Assembly (NCBI GenBank): GCA_021732405.1
Contig: JAKFVB010000022.1
Span: 552-64,551, forward strand
Length of the DNA stretch: 64,000 bases
Direction of reading: 5' to 3'
Source of the DNA: Methylotenera sp.
GTDB lineage: Bacteria; Pseudomonadota; Gammaproteobacteria; Burkholderiales; Methylophilaceae
Shown: positions 51,001 to 60,717 of the stretch, one piece after another
Numbering within the stretch: the stretch's first letter is position 1
How the letters are laid out: every line of letters begins with the position of its first letter
The notes under the pieces: generated by a model
Seen by the model: only the letters and a program-made list of their open reading frames with translations
Databases searched by the model: none
Told to the model about the DNA's origin: nothing
Made by a program: the position numbers and the translations under genes

Positions 51001-54000
51001 AATATCCACACTAGGCGCAATAATGGCGGCTAAACCATCTCGAGTTGGGCTAAAGCTGGCAATAGTGGGCGCAATAGCTGCAGCAAAATTATTCGTATCG
51101 GTGCGAATGGTTGTCTGCTGAGCAGCGTTAATTGTGATATTGGCTTGGTTACCAAAATCAGCATTCGTGTACTGTTTAACAGCTTCAATTAATACGCGTC
51201 TAGCGCCTGTTACGGCGGCAGCGGCTTGACTGTCCACATTTACACCGTTACCTGCACCTACGCCAGTTCGGGCTGCTCTAAAAATCACATCGCCATTTTC
51301 CCCTCTAACTGCGCCTACTTGGTCACCAGATACATCGATTAATGCGCCTGATAAACCATTTGCATCGCTAGCCACCGTTCTAACAATGCCTGCATCAGAC
51401 GAAATAATCACATCACCGCCATTACCCAAGCTACCCGCTGTGCTATTTGTATCTGCCAAGCCTTTTGCCAATAGTTTTGCACCGCGATTAATGGTGACAT
51501 CATTTTTAGCAAACAACTCAATATTGCCACCTTTATTGCCAGACGCATCAATCGTACCGTTAACCGTAATTGCGCCTTGGTCAACGTTCACTTTTACACT
51601 ATTGGCGGTAATTTTATCGCTTGCGCCAATCGTAATATCGCCCTCACGCACACGGAACATTTGCTCAGCCGCAAAATTACCAAGCGCTGCAAGCACCTGG
51701 CTAATATTGCTAATCGACTTCGCATCAACACTGGCTATGGCATTTTTACCAGACTCAACTGCTTTAATCGTACCTGCTAATCGCACATCGCCATTAACCG
51801 CAGAAGCGCTAAAGCGACCGGCATCGCCATTGCCAGCGGCTGATACATCAATTAATGCGCCTGTTTGTACATCAATATCACCATTGGCTGATTGCAAGGC
51901 AACGCTACCTGCAGGCAATGCAACTGTTTGGTCGTTAATAGTGAAAAGCGAGCCTGTTACATTAATGCTAGCGCCATTTTCAAGAGTAACGTTATCGGTG
52001 GCTGCTGCACCTGTTGCGCTAACGGTAACTTGACCACCTTTTACAACAATCGCTGCCGCGTGTCTGTCGGTTATATTAGATGTTTGCGTGGTACCGCCAG
52101 CCAAAATAACTTTATCACCCGATAAACTTAAACGAGTACCTTGCGATTGTGGGCTAGCTAAATTGGTTGGCTGAGCGCCAACAGAACCTTGCACTTTTAA
52201 TGTACCCGTATTCAAATTACCTGCATTAATAGCGTAATCTGCGCGGCTTGCAGTAGTTAAGCGTGGTGCGCTTAAGGTTAAATTATTATCTGCCAATAAT
52301 TGGTTTGGTGTGGCAGCTGCCGTTGGCCTTGCTGTGCTGCCTGCTGCAACGATTTCTCTGCTGGCGTTAATATCAATTTGGTCATAGCCAGCTAAGCGCT
52401 CGGTGTTATTGCCAAGATTAACTGTTTCTGCCTGAATAACTAAATTACCAGTGCCTAGCGTCGGCACAGTGCCATTACTTAACGCTGTTGCCGGGGCAAA
52501 AACTGCATTATTGTTATTGCCAATAGTTAAGTTTTGGGCAGTAATTGTGGCAGTTTGGCCATTATTCTGGTAACCCGCAAGCCCTGCACTTTGCAGCGTT
52601 AAATCAAAATTGTTATTACCAAATGTGGCGCTGCCATAAATATCAATCGTCGATTGGCTATTTAAACTTAAGCTACCTGCTGCCGTAAATTCTGCTAATT
52701 GCTCATCTTGTAACCACAGGCCATCTGCTACAGATTCGCCATTTACTGGCGCACCTAAACTAATGCGGCCAGATGAAAATGCCAGTGCTGCGCCCTCTGC
52801 AAAGTCAATATCGCCCTGTAAGCTTGTATTTCTAGATCCATCTAACAACACAGAGCCGTCTGCTACAACAGTTGCACCTGTATCAATAATTAAATCACCT
52901 CTGTCAGCATTGACGTTGGTGCGCGTTAACGTTGCTGCCGCGCCACCTGAAACACGCACTAAAGCACCATCACCATCTAACACACCTGCGCTATTTGTCA
53001 CGTTGCCAATAGTAATATTTCTAGCCCCAGCGCCTGTACCACGGCCAGTTAAAGTAGCACCGCTATCTAACCTAACTGTGTCTGTGGCAGCTAAAATCAC
53101 CTCTGGCCCAGTTACATTTGCGTTGCCATTTAAGCGCACTTCGCCTGATACCACATCAACGTTGCCTTGGCTGCGTGTGCCGCCTAGTAACAAACTCGCG
53201 GCATTAAAATTGGCTAATGTTGTTTCATCAATCGCTAAGTAATTAATACCATTTAAATCCACTTGACCCGTTTGCTCTCCTGCGCCTACCACCAATAAAT
53301 TCGGCGCGGCAATATCAACTTCTGAACCAGAGCCTCCTTGTTGAGTGATAGCGGTTAATGTGCCGCGCAGCACTAAGCTTTCTGTCGCGGCAATGGATAA
53401 GCGGCCTGCATCAATTGTGCGTTGCGCTTGTGTGTTACCGCTAAAAAAAGCGCTGGCAGTCGTGGTATTGTATTGCGCTAATTTATACGCATCAGCATCC
53501 GAGCGCACCACAAAACCTGCTGTACGCGCTGTCTGTGTGTAGCCATTGCTAGTGAAAGCAGCTAAGTGACCAGAAACTAAAGTGCTACCGTTTACTAAGG
53601 TTGATGTTAAACCTTCGGTTCTATCTTGTGCGCCCGATACCGCTGAAACCAAGACGGCACCTGGCAATAATGCATAACGCGCTGGTAATAATGTGTAGTA
53701 ACCCGCTGCAACACCTGGCGCGCCAGAAATATACACCGCATCACCCGCCTTAATATTGCTGCCTTGCCAATATTGCGGATCAAAACTGGCAAAGGTTTGA
53801 TTGTTGTTAGGCAAAATCACCCATGTGTTCGTCGCATTTTGCCCAAAAGCCTGCTGATTGGCGTCGGCCGCTAGCACATCGCTGCTGCCGCCCAAGCCAG
53901 GCACCCATTCGTAAGCAAACAAATCACCGCCACCACTAATGTCAATCACGCTATCTTCGTTTTGATTCACATTTGGCGCGTTAAGCCTCACTACGCGCTC

Positions 54001-57000
54001 TGGTGCTGAATTTAAAACTAAATTTGCAGGGCCAAAATTATATAAATAATCTAAGCCATCTTGCTGCGTAAAACCAAACGGAATTAATGCATTTTGTGCA
54101 GAAACTGAAGTGACGCTGCCAGCATTTAAATTCAATGTGTCACTGGCATTTAAAGCAATAGTGCCAAAAGGGGCTAGCAGAACACCATTTTGGTTAATGG
54201 TTTCAGCATTAATATTTAACGTGCCGCCTGCGGATAACACTGCATCGTAGCCACTAGCTGGATTGATTTTGTTAATTGTCACCGTGCTACCGATGCCACT
54301 TACTGTAATCGTGTAATCAGTCAGCGTAGTTGGGTAAATTTGGCGCGCATTTAATTCAAGCGCACCTTTGGTTAATAATGTGCCTGTGGGTGGTTGCCTG
54401 AATCCACCAGCGGCTAAGTTTGGGTTACTAATACCCGTTAATCGAATATCACCCTGGCTATTAATAGCCGTGTTAGAAAAGCCTGATAAGGCAAATGAAC
54501 CTCTTAAATCAGCTAAATTCGCATTCACAGTAAATTGTGCGTTACCAGCCACTGGTGTGGTGGCAGTATATTCAGAGTTTGGTCTGATTGCTTGTGTTTC
54601 AAATTCATTTGCAAGCACAACATTAGGTGCTGTTAATGTGACCGATGAATCTGCCGTCGCTTCTATCACTCTGGCATTTAAGCTAATGCTACGCGAGGTG
54701 GTTAAATTGACATCGCCAGTAAAACGTACACCGTATTCTGATTTTAATGCCACATCGCTAAAACCACCCTCAGTTATGCGGTCAGCAGAAATTTTTGCAA
54801 CGCCACTTGCGGCTGGTTGCACTGCATCACCCACATTTAAACTATCTGGCACAAATGTACCCGATTGCGCCACATCAATATACCAAAGCTGGTCTGGCGC
54901 ATTACCTACGTTGATATCAGATGGTAATGTTCCTGGATATGGAGACGTTATTAAACCCAGACTAGTAGTACCGCCACGCGTTAAGCGCACATCTAAGCTA
55001 CCAGCTAAACCACCAGGTGATGATGCATTAAAAGTAGAATCCAGCAATATACCCTCACGCGCACTAATTGAAACTTCACCGCCATTACTGGCAATTCTGG
55101 TTGGAGTAATACTATTGGTATTACGAATATCTAATACAGCAGAAGTACCTGCCACATTAATTTCTGACCCCGTTTTTGCTACTACAAAGCCTTTGTTGGC
55201 GTCGATATTGACATGGCCACCATCATAAACAGTACCAATGCGCTGATTGACATTAGTAGGGGCTAAAGCCGTGTGTCCGCTAGCATTTAATACAGCATTT
55301 TCGCCTAACCAAATGGCTTGCGCGGCATTGTAACCATTATCATCGATTGCAGATGGTGATCCATTCATTACCAAAGAAATATCACCGCCCAAGGCTTGCA
55401 ATGTGCCATCTACGACAATTTGATTATCCCATGCTGATAGTGAAATGCTTGGCACTACTGTGCCGCCAGTTACTGACTCTCTTGCGCCATTTGAATCTAC
55501 TTTAATATTAGCGTTGGCTTCAACAACAATGCTGCCTCTTGACACGCCACTAGCTAAAAATGGGTCTGACACTGACGCCATTAATGCTGACTGCGTGGCT
55601 AAAGTTAATGTGGTTGAAGCGCGATTAAACGCAGGCAAAAGCGTTGGCGTGGCGAAATCATTGACGCGCGCGCCTGTTCTTTGTAACTGAAAATTTCTAT
55701 TTAACTGGTAATTTTTAGCGACCACGCTAACATCGGTATTACTGCGCACAATCACACCGTCGCGACCTGTTAAATTAAAGCTGACAAAACCGCTATCCTG
55801 AAAAAATTCTGGTGTTGCTAAAAACTCACGTGCGTCGCCAAAACCACTATTGCCAATGGTGATAAAGGGTGCAGTAATAGATAAATCACCACCCGTACCC
55901 AGTGCAAAACCACGCAGTTCACCGTTAAGTTTTGGCGCAACATAAGTAAATGGGTTAAGCGCTGTGCCTTGATCTACTTGCGTAGCAATATGAATGCTTC
56001 CTGCATTGCCATTATCTAGTTCAGCTCTGTTGCGCACATTATGCAAATAGCCGCCACCAGAAACATCCACCAAACTACCCGTGCCCAACGTTACTTCATC
56101 GGTAGAGCTAATACTGACACTACCGCCATGTTCTTGAATGCGACCTGTTTGTAATGCGCCATTGGTGTCATTAATCCAATTGCCAGAAACGTCTAACTTA
56201 ACACCATTAGCAACGGTAATATTAGTATCGGCTGAGCCAACAATTCCCTCTATAAATTCGGTGGTTAAAGCAATATCGCCGCTACGTGAAACGATATTTT
56301 GATTCACTTGAATTTCACGCCCAGTGATTGCAATTTTTGCACCATTCACCAAGTTAACTGCACTATTCACTTGCACACTACCACCAGTGGTAATGGCAAT
56401 ATCTTCAAAACCACTGCGGCTTAACATGCCCGCATCAATTTCAACTGTGCTTGCACGGTTTGTTGGTAATACAGAATCAGTTGCAAAGTTGCCAGCTAAT
56501 GCAACTGTGTTGCCAATATTAACGTTCTGCGCTGGCGTTAGTGTAGTTGGCAATATTAAGTTAATCGACAATTGCGCCATCATGTTATCGGCTTCACGTT
56601 GTCTTTCACCGTAAATTCCGCCGCCTAATAACTGTCCGTCTAATGCAATAGTTGAAGCCTCAATCTGTAAAGCCACAGCTTGTGTTTGGCCTTGTTGTGC
56701 ATTAAGCACTCTGCCATTTACTAATCTACTGCCTCTGCCCTCGGTGTAGCCTGCTTCTTGAAGTAAACGCACATTCCTACCGCCTAAAAACCCCACAAAC
56801 AGCGTATCTGCAGGTGCATCACCTAATGCATAACTTCTGCCGTCTGCTGCCTCAAGCCAGGTTTCTCGGCTTATGCCCGCATTAAATCGTAATGAGCCAC
56901 CAGAAACATCCACTGTAGATCCCGTACGCTGAATAAAATCACCCTCAGATCGCAATGTAACCGCGCCACCATCAGCTAGTTTTTCACCTACGGCACGTGG

Positions 57001-58827
57001 TACTTGGCGCACAAAACCTGCCAAGTTAGCCACGCGTGAGTCTGGCGTATTGCGGATATCAAACATCACAAATTGCCGATTTAAAAATTCGTTGCGGTTA
57101 ATCGGGTCATCGTTAAGATCGGTTTGCGTCAATAAAGCCTCTACAAAATTACGACCTAAATCCACCTCTACATTTTTTAAACCTGCTGCATCTACTAGTG
57201 TATTTTTACCTAAATAAAGTCGTGATTGGGTTTCTGGATTAGTACTACCAATACCTTGACCAAATAACTGCCCAGTTTGCGCTGTAATATTGATAAAGCC
57301 GCCAGGCACCACGATTTTAGCGTTATCGTTAACAGTCACCTGTCTACCAATTGCCTCTATTACGGGTGGATTAAATATTTGGTCATCGGTAATGGTAGTA
57401 CCCATTACATTGACTGCAGATAACACTTTATTCAAATACGATTTATCGCCGCCTCTTGCTTCAGGCTCGCCGATTTGTGGTGATGAAAATAATTCATTCA
57501 CCTTGTAAACAGCGGCTTTATCTTCAGCCAAAATAGTAGTCACACTGTTTTCACCAAAACTGAGTTGTCCGTTGCGGCTACCCGTGATTAAGGTGTTAGG
57601 AATTGATTCATTGCCAACGGTTAATCGATTAGTAAATTGCGTGGCTACATTGTTTGCATCATAAACCAGCTCATCCGACTCTAACGCCCTTGTATCTCTT
57701 GCCAACAAGCGTATTGAGCCTTTTTGGGTGGCTGAAGATGTCGCAGTAACGCGACCATTTTGATTCACCAAGTATGACGCCATAGTGACATTGCCGCGCT
57801 GCGCTAAAATACGGCCAGATGTGTCATTAGTTACTGTGCCAAATAGCTCTGTGGCTTGATTTTCAATCGATGGGTCAATTTCATCTGGTTTCAGTTGGTA
57901 AGAATCCACTTCTACCAATACGCCTGCCAAACCTTTAAGTGCAGAATCATCTGCATAATCAAACGTTCCTGACGCTACTTCATTCAGCTCTGGCGCGTAA
58001 GATAAATACACTTTGTCACCAGCCGCCAACGCAACTTGGCCTCCGTTAGTTTCAATACTGCCTTGGTTAATCACTTTTGGGGCAAATAATAAAACTGAGC
58101 TACCCAAGGCTGCTTTAATTTGGGCATCTGGTTCTACTTGTACTAATACGGTTTGAAAGCCATTTGCATCACCACCCCAATTATAAGCGGCACGGTTAGC
58201 GCCTAAAAAAGCCGGTAATAAATGGCCTTGCTCACTTAAAAAATCAGTATCTTGCAAATCGAGTGCAGAGGCCACCAAGCCATTCACATTCACGCGTGCG
58301 CCGTTGGCAAACAAAATACCATTTTGGTTAATCAAATAAACACTGCCGTTTGGTGAGTTTAGTGCACCCTGAATAATACTTTTAGGGCCATTAATGCGGA
58401 CCAAAGTAGCCGAACCCGCGCCACCTAAATGATTAAAGTTAACAGTGGCAGCAGAGCCAATATTAAAGTTGGTACCTTGCAAGATACCTTTTTGCGTAAT
58501 CTGATTAATATTTAATAACCCATTTGAGCCAGTAGGCAATTGGCCTGCAGTCAATGGCGCACCGCCGTTACCAACATAACTACCGCTTGTTATGTTCAAG
58601 CCAGTTGGTATCGTTAATGCATCTGCAAATGAAACCTTAACCGACCCTACCAAGCTAATACCAAGTATTAATATAGTTAAGCTTATTTTTTTAGATTGTT
58701 TAAGCGCTTTTTTAAATGCCTTTCCAGCGCCATTTTTGCCAGATTGATGCCCACGAACATGCTCACCTACCGCCATCCAAATACCACGAGATGTGTTGTA
58801 AACAAGACGATAAATTCCAATATTCAT
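48037..58827 (-). CDS. Giant filamentous-hemagglutinin-like TpsA with DUF3739-type C-terminus (3596 aa)
   Basis: ESPR leader (IYRLVYN...WMAVGE), TPS domain (FNIG...LINQNGILF), beta-helix repeats (DVSGG), YTLLPARYALLPGA, VNQSRVFT...IDAGRG. Confidence 0.9.
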   Translation of the reverse strand: MNIGIYRLVYNTSRGIWMAVGEHVRGHQSGKNGAGKAFKKALKQSKKISLTILILGISLVGSVKVSFADALTIPTGLNITSGSYVGNGGAPLTAGQLPTGSNGLLNINQITQKGILQGTNFNIGSAATVNFNHLGGAGSATLVRINGPKSIIQGALNSPNGSVYLINQNGILFANGARVNVNGLVASALDLQDTDFLSEQGHLLPAFLGANRAAYNWGGDANGFQTVLVQVEPDAQIKAALGSSVLLFAPKVINQGSIETNGGQVALAAGDKVYLSYAPELNEVASGTFDYADDSALKGLAGVLVEVDSYQLKPDEIDPSIENQATELFGTVTNDTSGRILAQRGNVTMASYLVNQNGRVTATSSATQKGSIRLLARDTRALESDELVYDANNVATQFTNRLTVGNESIPNTLITGSRNGQLSFGENSVTTILAEDKAAVYKVNELFSSPQIGEPEARGGDKSYLNKVLSAVNVMGTTITDDQIFNPPVIEAIGRQVTVNDNAKIVVPGGFINITAQTGQLFGQGIGSTNPETQSRLYLGKNTLVDAAGLKNVEVDLGRNFVEALLTQTDLNDDPINRNEFLNRQFVMFDIRNTPDSRVANLAGFVRQVPRAVGEKLADGGAVTLRSEGDFIQRTGSTVDVSGGSLRFNAGISRETWLEAADGRSYALGDAPADTLFVGFLGGRNVRLLQEAGYTEGRGSRLVNGRVLNAQQGQTQAVALQIEASTIALDGQLLGGGIYGERQREADNMMAQLSINLILPTTLTPAQNVNIGNTVALAGNFATDSVLPTNRASTVEIDAGMLSRSGFEDIAITTGGSVQVNSAVNLVNGAKIAITGREIQVNQNIVSRSGDIALTTEFIEGIVGSADTNITVANGVKLDVSGNWINDTNGALQTGRIQEHGGSVSISSTDEVTLGTGSLVDVSGGGYLHNVRNRAELDNGNAGSIHIATQVDQGTALNPFTYVAPKLNGELRGFALGTGGDLSITAPFITIGNSGFGDAREFLATPEFFQDSGFVSFNLTGRDGVIVRSNTDVSVVAKNYQLNRNFQLQRTGARVNDFATPTLLPAFNRASTTLTLATQSALMASVSDPFLASGVSRGSIVVEANANIKVDSNGARESVTGGTVVPSISLSAWDNQIVVDGTLQALGGDISLVMNGSPSAIDDNGYNAAQAIWLGENAVLNASGHTALAPTNVNQRIGTVYDGGHVNIDANKGFVVAKTGSEINVAGTSAVLDIRNTNSITPTRIASNGGEVSISAREGILLDSTFNASSPGGLAGSLDVRLTRGGTTSLGLITSPYPGTLPSDINVGNAPDQLWYIDVAQSGTFVPDSLNVGDAVQPAASGVAKISADRITEGGFSDVALKSEYGVRFTGDVNLTTSRSISLNARVIEATADSSVTLTAPNVVLANEFETQAIRPNSEYTATTPVAGNAQFTVNANLADLRGSFALSGFSNTAINSQGDIRLTGISNPNLAAGGFRQPPTGTLLTKGALELNARQIYPTTLTDYTITVSGIGSTVTINKINPASGYDAVLSAGGTLNINAETINQNGVLLAPFGTIALNASDTLNLNAGSVTSVSAQNALIPFGFTQQDGLDYLYNFGPANLVLNSAPERVVRLNAPNVNQNEDSVIDISGGGDLFAYEWVPGLGGSSDVLAADANQQAFGQNATNTWVILPNNNQTFASFDPQYWQGSNIKAGDAVYISGAPGVAAGYYTLLPARYALLPGAVLVSAVSGAQDRTEGLTSTLVNGSTLVSGHLAAFTSNGYTQTARTAGFVVRSDADAYKLAQYNTTTASAFFSGNTQAQRTIDAGRLSIAATESLVLRGTLTAITQQGGSGSEVDIAAPNLLVVGAGEQTGQVDLNGINYLAIDETTLANFNAASLLLGGTRSQGNVDVVSGEVRLNGNANVTGPEVILAATDTVRLDSGATLTGRGTGAGARNITIGNVTNSAGVLDGDGALVRVSGGAAATLTRTNVNADRGDLIIDTGATVVADGSVLLDGSRNTSLQGDIDFAEGAALAFSSGRISLGAPVNGESVADGLWLQDEQLAEFTAAGSLSLNSQSTIDIYGSATFGNNNFDLTLQSAGLAGYQNNGQTATITAQNLTIGNNNNAVFAPATALSNGTVPTLGTGNLVIQAETVNLGNNTERLAGYDQIDINASREIVAAGSTARPTAAATPNQLLADNNLTLSAPRLTTASRADYAINAGNLNTGTLKVQGSVGAQPTNLASPQSQGTRLSLSGDKVILAGGTTQTSNITDRHAAAIVVKGGQVTVSATGAAATDNVTLENGASINVTGSLFTINDQTVALPAGSVALQSANGDIDVQTGALIDVSAAGNGDAGRFSASAVNGDVRLAGTIKAVESGKNAIASVDAKSISNISQVLAALGNFAAEQMFRVREGDITIGASDKITANSVKVNVDQGAITVNGTIDASGNKGGNIELFAKNDVTINRGAKLLAKGLADTNSTAGSLGNGGDVIISSDAGIVRTVASDANGLSGALIDVSGDQVGAVRGENGDVIFRAARTGVGAGNGVNVDSQAAAAVTGARRVLIEAVKQYTNADFGNQANITINAAQQTTIRTDTNNFAAAIAPTIASFSPTRDGLAAIIAPSVDIFSTGDLNVGVVNNFTVQNNWVLGNSTTAANLLVNSGGILNLRAANNLNINGNIDYEQFSVANNIIAPRSGSWSYRLVAGADRTAANIETTLAGAGNISVRDGQFVRTGTGFIHAAAGNNLNLGTLNGAGAAIYTTGLPDTTNPVDFIGLSFAQDREIYADGGGDINIALGGNLAGSAREAQTQTVTDWVFHTAQNSTTQNTQARWWNRYDTVTTGLPANRTAGFTNGLATLGGGDVNIQTAGQVSNLQVAAANNGRLGGPLNEAPNLASFEELGGGDVNLQANGAVSQVLLYTGKGDINAQSGSDLSATIALMDGQASLVATGNITVTGASNPTITSSESRTRLANFYTYTEDAAVSAVSLAGNIEVRGNTEAYPSNLFAATPNGNINIESVTLFPSRTGNATLLAGNNINIDGLVISEVDPNTLPFITTNFLGVARPQISTFQGGAAHTAGLLHINDTEPVRIYALNDIAFNNEVTTDGVSTFNIAAPLITPKATIISAGNDVVDANVILQNIRPTDISVIEAGNNIYYNDAGQSGGTLQISDGGIQVTGPGRLHVTANKDIDLGTSDGIRSLGNLYNPFLPTQGADLLVQAGAAAVADFEGVLNAYVDPASIYSSIYLPQLTQLIRTRTGDSSIDSTQALTAFRQLDKQSQTGFINSVYFAELRAGGRDALDVNNSSFGDYSRSQRAILTMFPTFAQPETTQSLLASTGSIMNGFESIGNEEVSNPGDLSLFYSQIRSESGGAIEILVPGGLVNAGLAVASSIAKPDSELGIVTLRGGDLLGFVRDDFLVNQSRVFTLGGSDLLLYSALGSIDAGRGAKTSSSTPPPLITIQNGQVTFDFSGAVTGSGIAALTSTGGVPGRASLFAPYGEINAGEAGIRSAGDIDLGARVIIGADNIKVGGTSTGLPVASTGAAGLTAPASSDPTAQNKQGSEIAESTKTDGNKLAALPSLITVEVISLGDELAPTSPKLKPCVPDDKTKKDCQP

Positions 58828-58968
58828 AGCATTAATCCTTTTAAAACATTCAAATCAAACAACTCAATTAACCAATTTAAAGCAAATTACTTAACAACCA
58901 TTTTCTGTGCATTTTTTGCCAAAAAATAATGGTTAACTAACTTTAATTTTGCAGCCTATTCAGTAGCA

Positions 58969-59000
58969 CAAAAGCCCTTCCCTAGTTTCAGGGAAGGGCT
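58969..59000 (-). terminator. Intrinsic terminator after the PstS-like gene
   Basis: agcccttccct-agtttc-agggaagggct followed by TTT on the minus strand. Confidence 0.75.
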
Positions 59001-59058
59001 GCCGTTTCAATTATTCGTTACAGATACAAAAACATTCTGTTTTGAATAAACCACTCAA

Positions 59059-60633
59059 CTAGATTGAATCGAAAGCTTGCAATGGTGCGCAAGTATTACC
59101 GCCACGTGAGAATCTAGATACGAAATTTCTGTATGGATTGCCAGTAGCTGGGTTGTTGCCAACATATGGCGTAAATTGTGGTAATGATGCAAAAGCATTT
59201 GGTACTGATACGAATTGGCCACCATCATTGCCTGTGTAACGTGTAGAACCAGCACGTCTTACAAACTCGTTATAGAAGCTTTGTTTAATTGCATCAGTTG
59301 CTAAAGCAGGCACTACGTCACCATTTACGTTAGTTACTGTTGTGTTACGTGATTGAAGTGATAACTCAACTACAAAGTCATATGAACCATTTAACAAGTT
59401 TGCTTTTGATGGCGCAATACCTGTTGCACCAGCTGAAGAAGATTGTGTACCTGAACCATCGGCTGCGCCTGAGTAAGTGTAAGTACCTGCACCATCCAAA
59501 TGACGGAATGTATAACCTGCACCGCCAGTACCAGCGGTTACATAGCTGTCTAAGGACAATACGCCGATTGCTTTACCTGCTGATGGCAGCCTGTTGAACA
59601 ATACGCTGTAAAACACACCACTTGCACCTTGCACATTAAACACTGTGCGGTTTTGAGCGGCTGTTAAGCATGAACGTAGATTACCTGATGTTGAGTTTTC
59701 AACTACTGTGTAACCTTGACTTGGGTCAAGAACGAACGGATCTGCTGAAGTGCCTGAACCACTAACTAAAGTTGGGCTTTGGTCGGCTGATATTGGCGCA
59801 TTTCCTAAAAAACCACCTGATGAAGTGTTACATGGAAAGCCTGAGAAAAAGAAATTGTATGAAGATTGTGTACCAGAACCATTTGGACGACGACATACAA
59901 TTACTGGGTTTGTTGCTGCTGGCGAACCATCGATGCTTGACCAATCAGTAATTCTACCTGCCAACATTGCACCGTATTGCGCACGGCTGATAGATGTAGT
60001 CGCTGCAACAGCGTTTGTGGCCACAATACCCATCATAATTTGGTTAACTGGTAGGTTATTTAAACGAGCTAGTTCTGCTGTGCTTAATGCTGGTTGACCA
60101 TTTTCTGTGTTGTACGGCTCGGCAAACAAAGCTGGCTCTACGTCAGAAATACCAAAATCTGGCACTAAACCTGTGTTAGATGACGTTGCATGACCTGCAA
60201 CACCTGGGTCAATACCTGTTGTAGTACATGAAAAAGAATATGGGCTTGCTGCTGTTGGTGTTGTTGCAGTACAGCTGTTAAAATCAATGGTTTGAATACG
60301 TGCTGCACGTGCCACTGGGTCTACACCAAATACTGAGCCACCTTGTGAGCGTTTGATAAATAAAATAGGAGTGCCAACTGCAACACCTGGAATACCAGCA
60401 GCCGCTTGGCCCAAGAATGCACGATGTAAAGGCGCTGTTGGAGAGTCGCTAGTACGAATACCAGTAACACCTGTTAACATACTAGAAGCAAGATCAGCTA
60501 AAAAGTTATCTGGTGCTGAAGCGCCAGATAAGAATATGACGCGTGTACCTGCTGGAATAGTGACTGATGCTGCTTGTGCTGACAAAGCAGCTAAAGCTAA
60601 ACCGCAAGCTACTGCAATTTTTGTAAATTTCAT
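59059..60633 (-). CDS. Exported PstS/DING-like phosphate-binding-fold protein
   Basis: Signal peptide (AQA-A); SGASAP, SQGGS, DFGISD, RRPNGSGTQ parallel PstS motifs; several Cys. Confidence 0.6.
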   Translation of the reverse strand: MKFTKIAVACGLALAALSAQAASVTIPAGTRVIFLSGASAPDNFLADLASSMLTGVTGIRTSDSPTAPLHRAFLGQAAAGIPGVAVGTPILFIKRSQGGSVFGVDPVARAARIQTIDFNSCTATTPTAASPYSFSCTTTGIDPGVAGHATSSNTGLVPDFGISDVEPALFAEPYNTENGQPALSTAELARLNNLPVNQIMMGIVATNAVAATTSISRAQYGAMLAGRITDWSSIDGSPAATNPVIVCRRPNGSGTQSSYNFFFSGFPCNTSSGGFLGNAPISADQSPTLVSGSGTSADPFVLDPSQGYTVVENSTSGNLRSCLTAAQNRTVFNVQGASGVFYSVLFNRLPSAGKAIGVLSLDSYVTAGTGGAGYTFRHLDGAGTYTYSGAADGSGTQSSSAGATGIAPSKANLLNGSYDFVVELSLQSRNTTVTNVNGDVVPALATDAIKQSFYNEFVRRAGSTRYTGNDGGQFVSVPNAFASLPQFTPYVGNNPATGNPYRNFVSRFSRGGNTCAPLQAFDSI

Positions 60634-60717
60634 GATGTTTCCTCTGAATAATAAGTTTTAGTTTTTAAATGGACTGCTTAGTAAAGAACAGCCCATTTAT
60701 ACTTAAATAAGATTTTC

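Noticed and set aside
48062-57508. Many plus-strand ORFs (up to 286 aa) antisense to the giant TpsA gene
   Set aside because: Shadow ORFs expected opposite a Gly/Asn/Thr-rich gene; no motifs or RBS seen.
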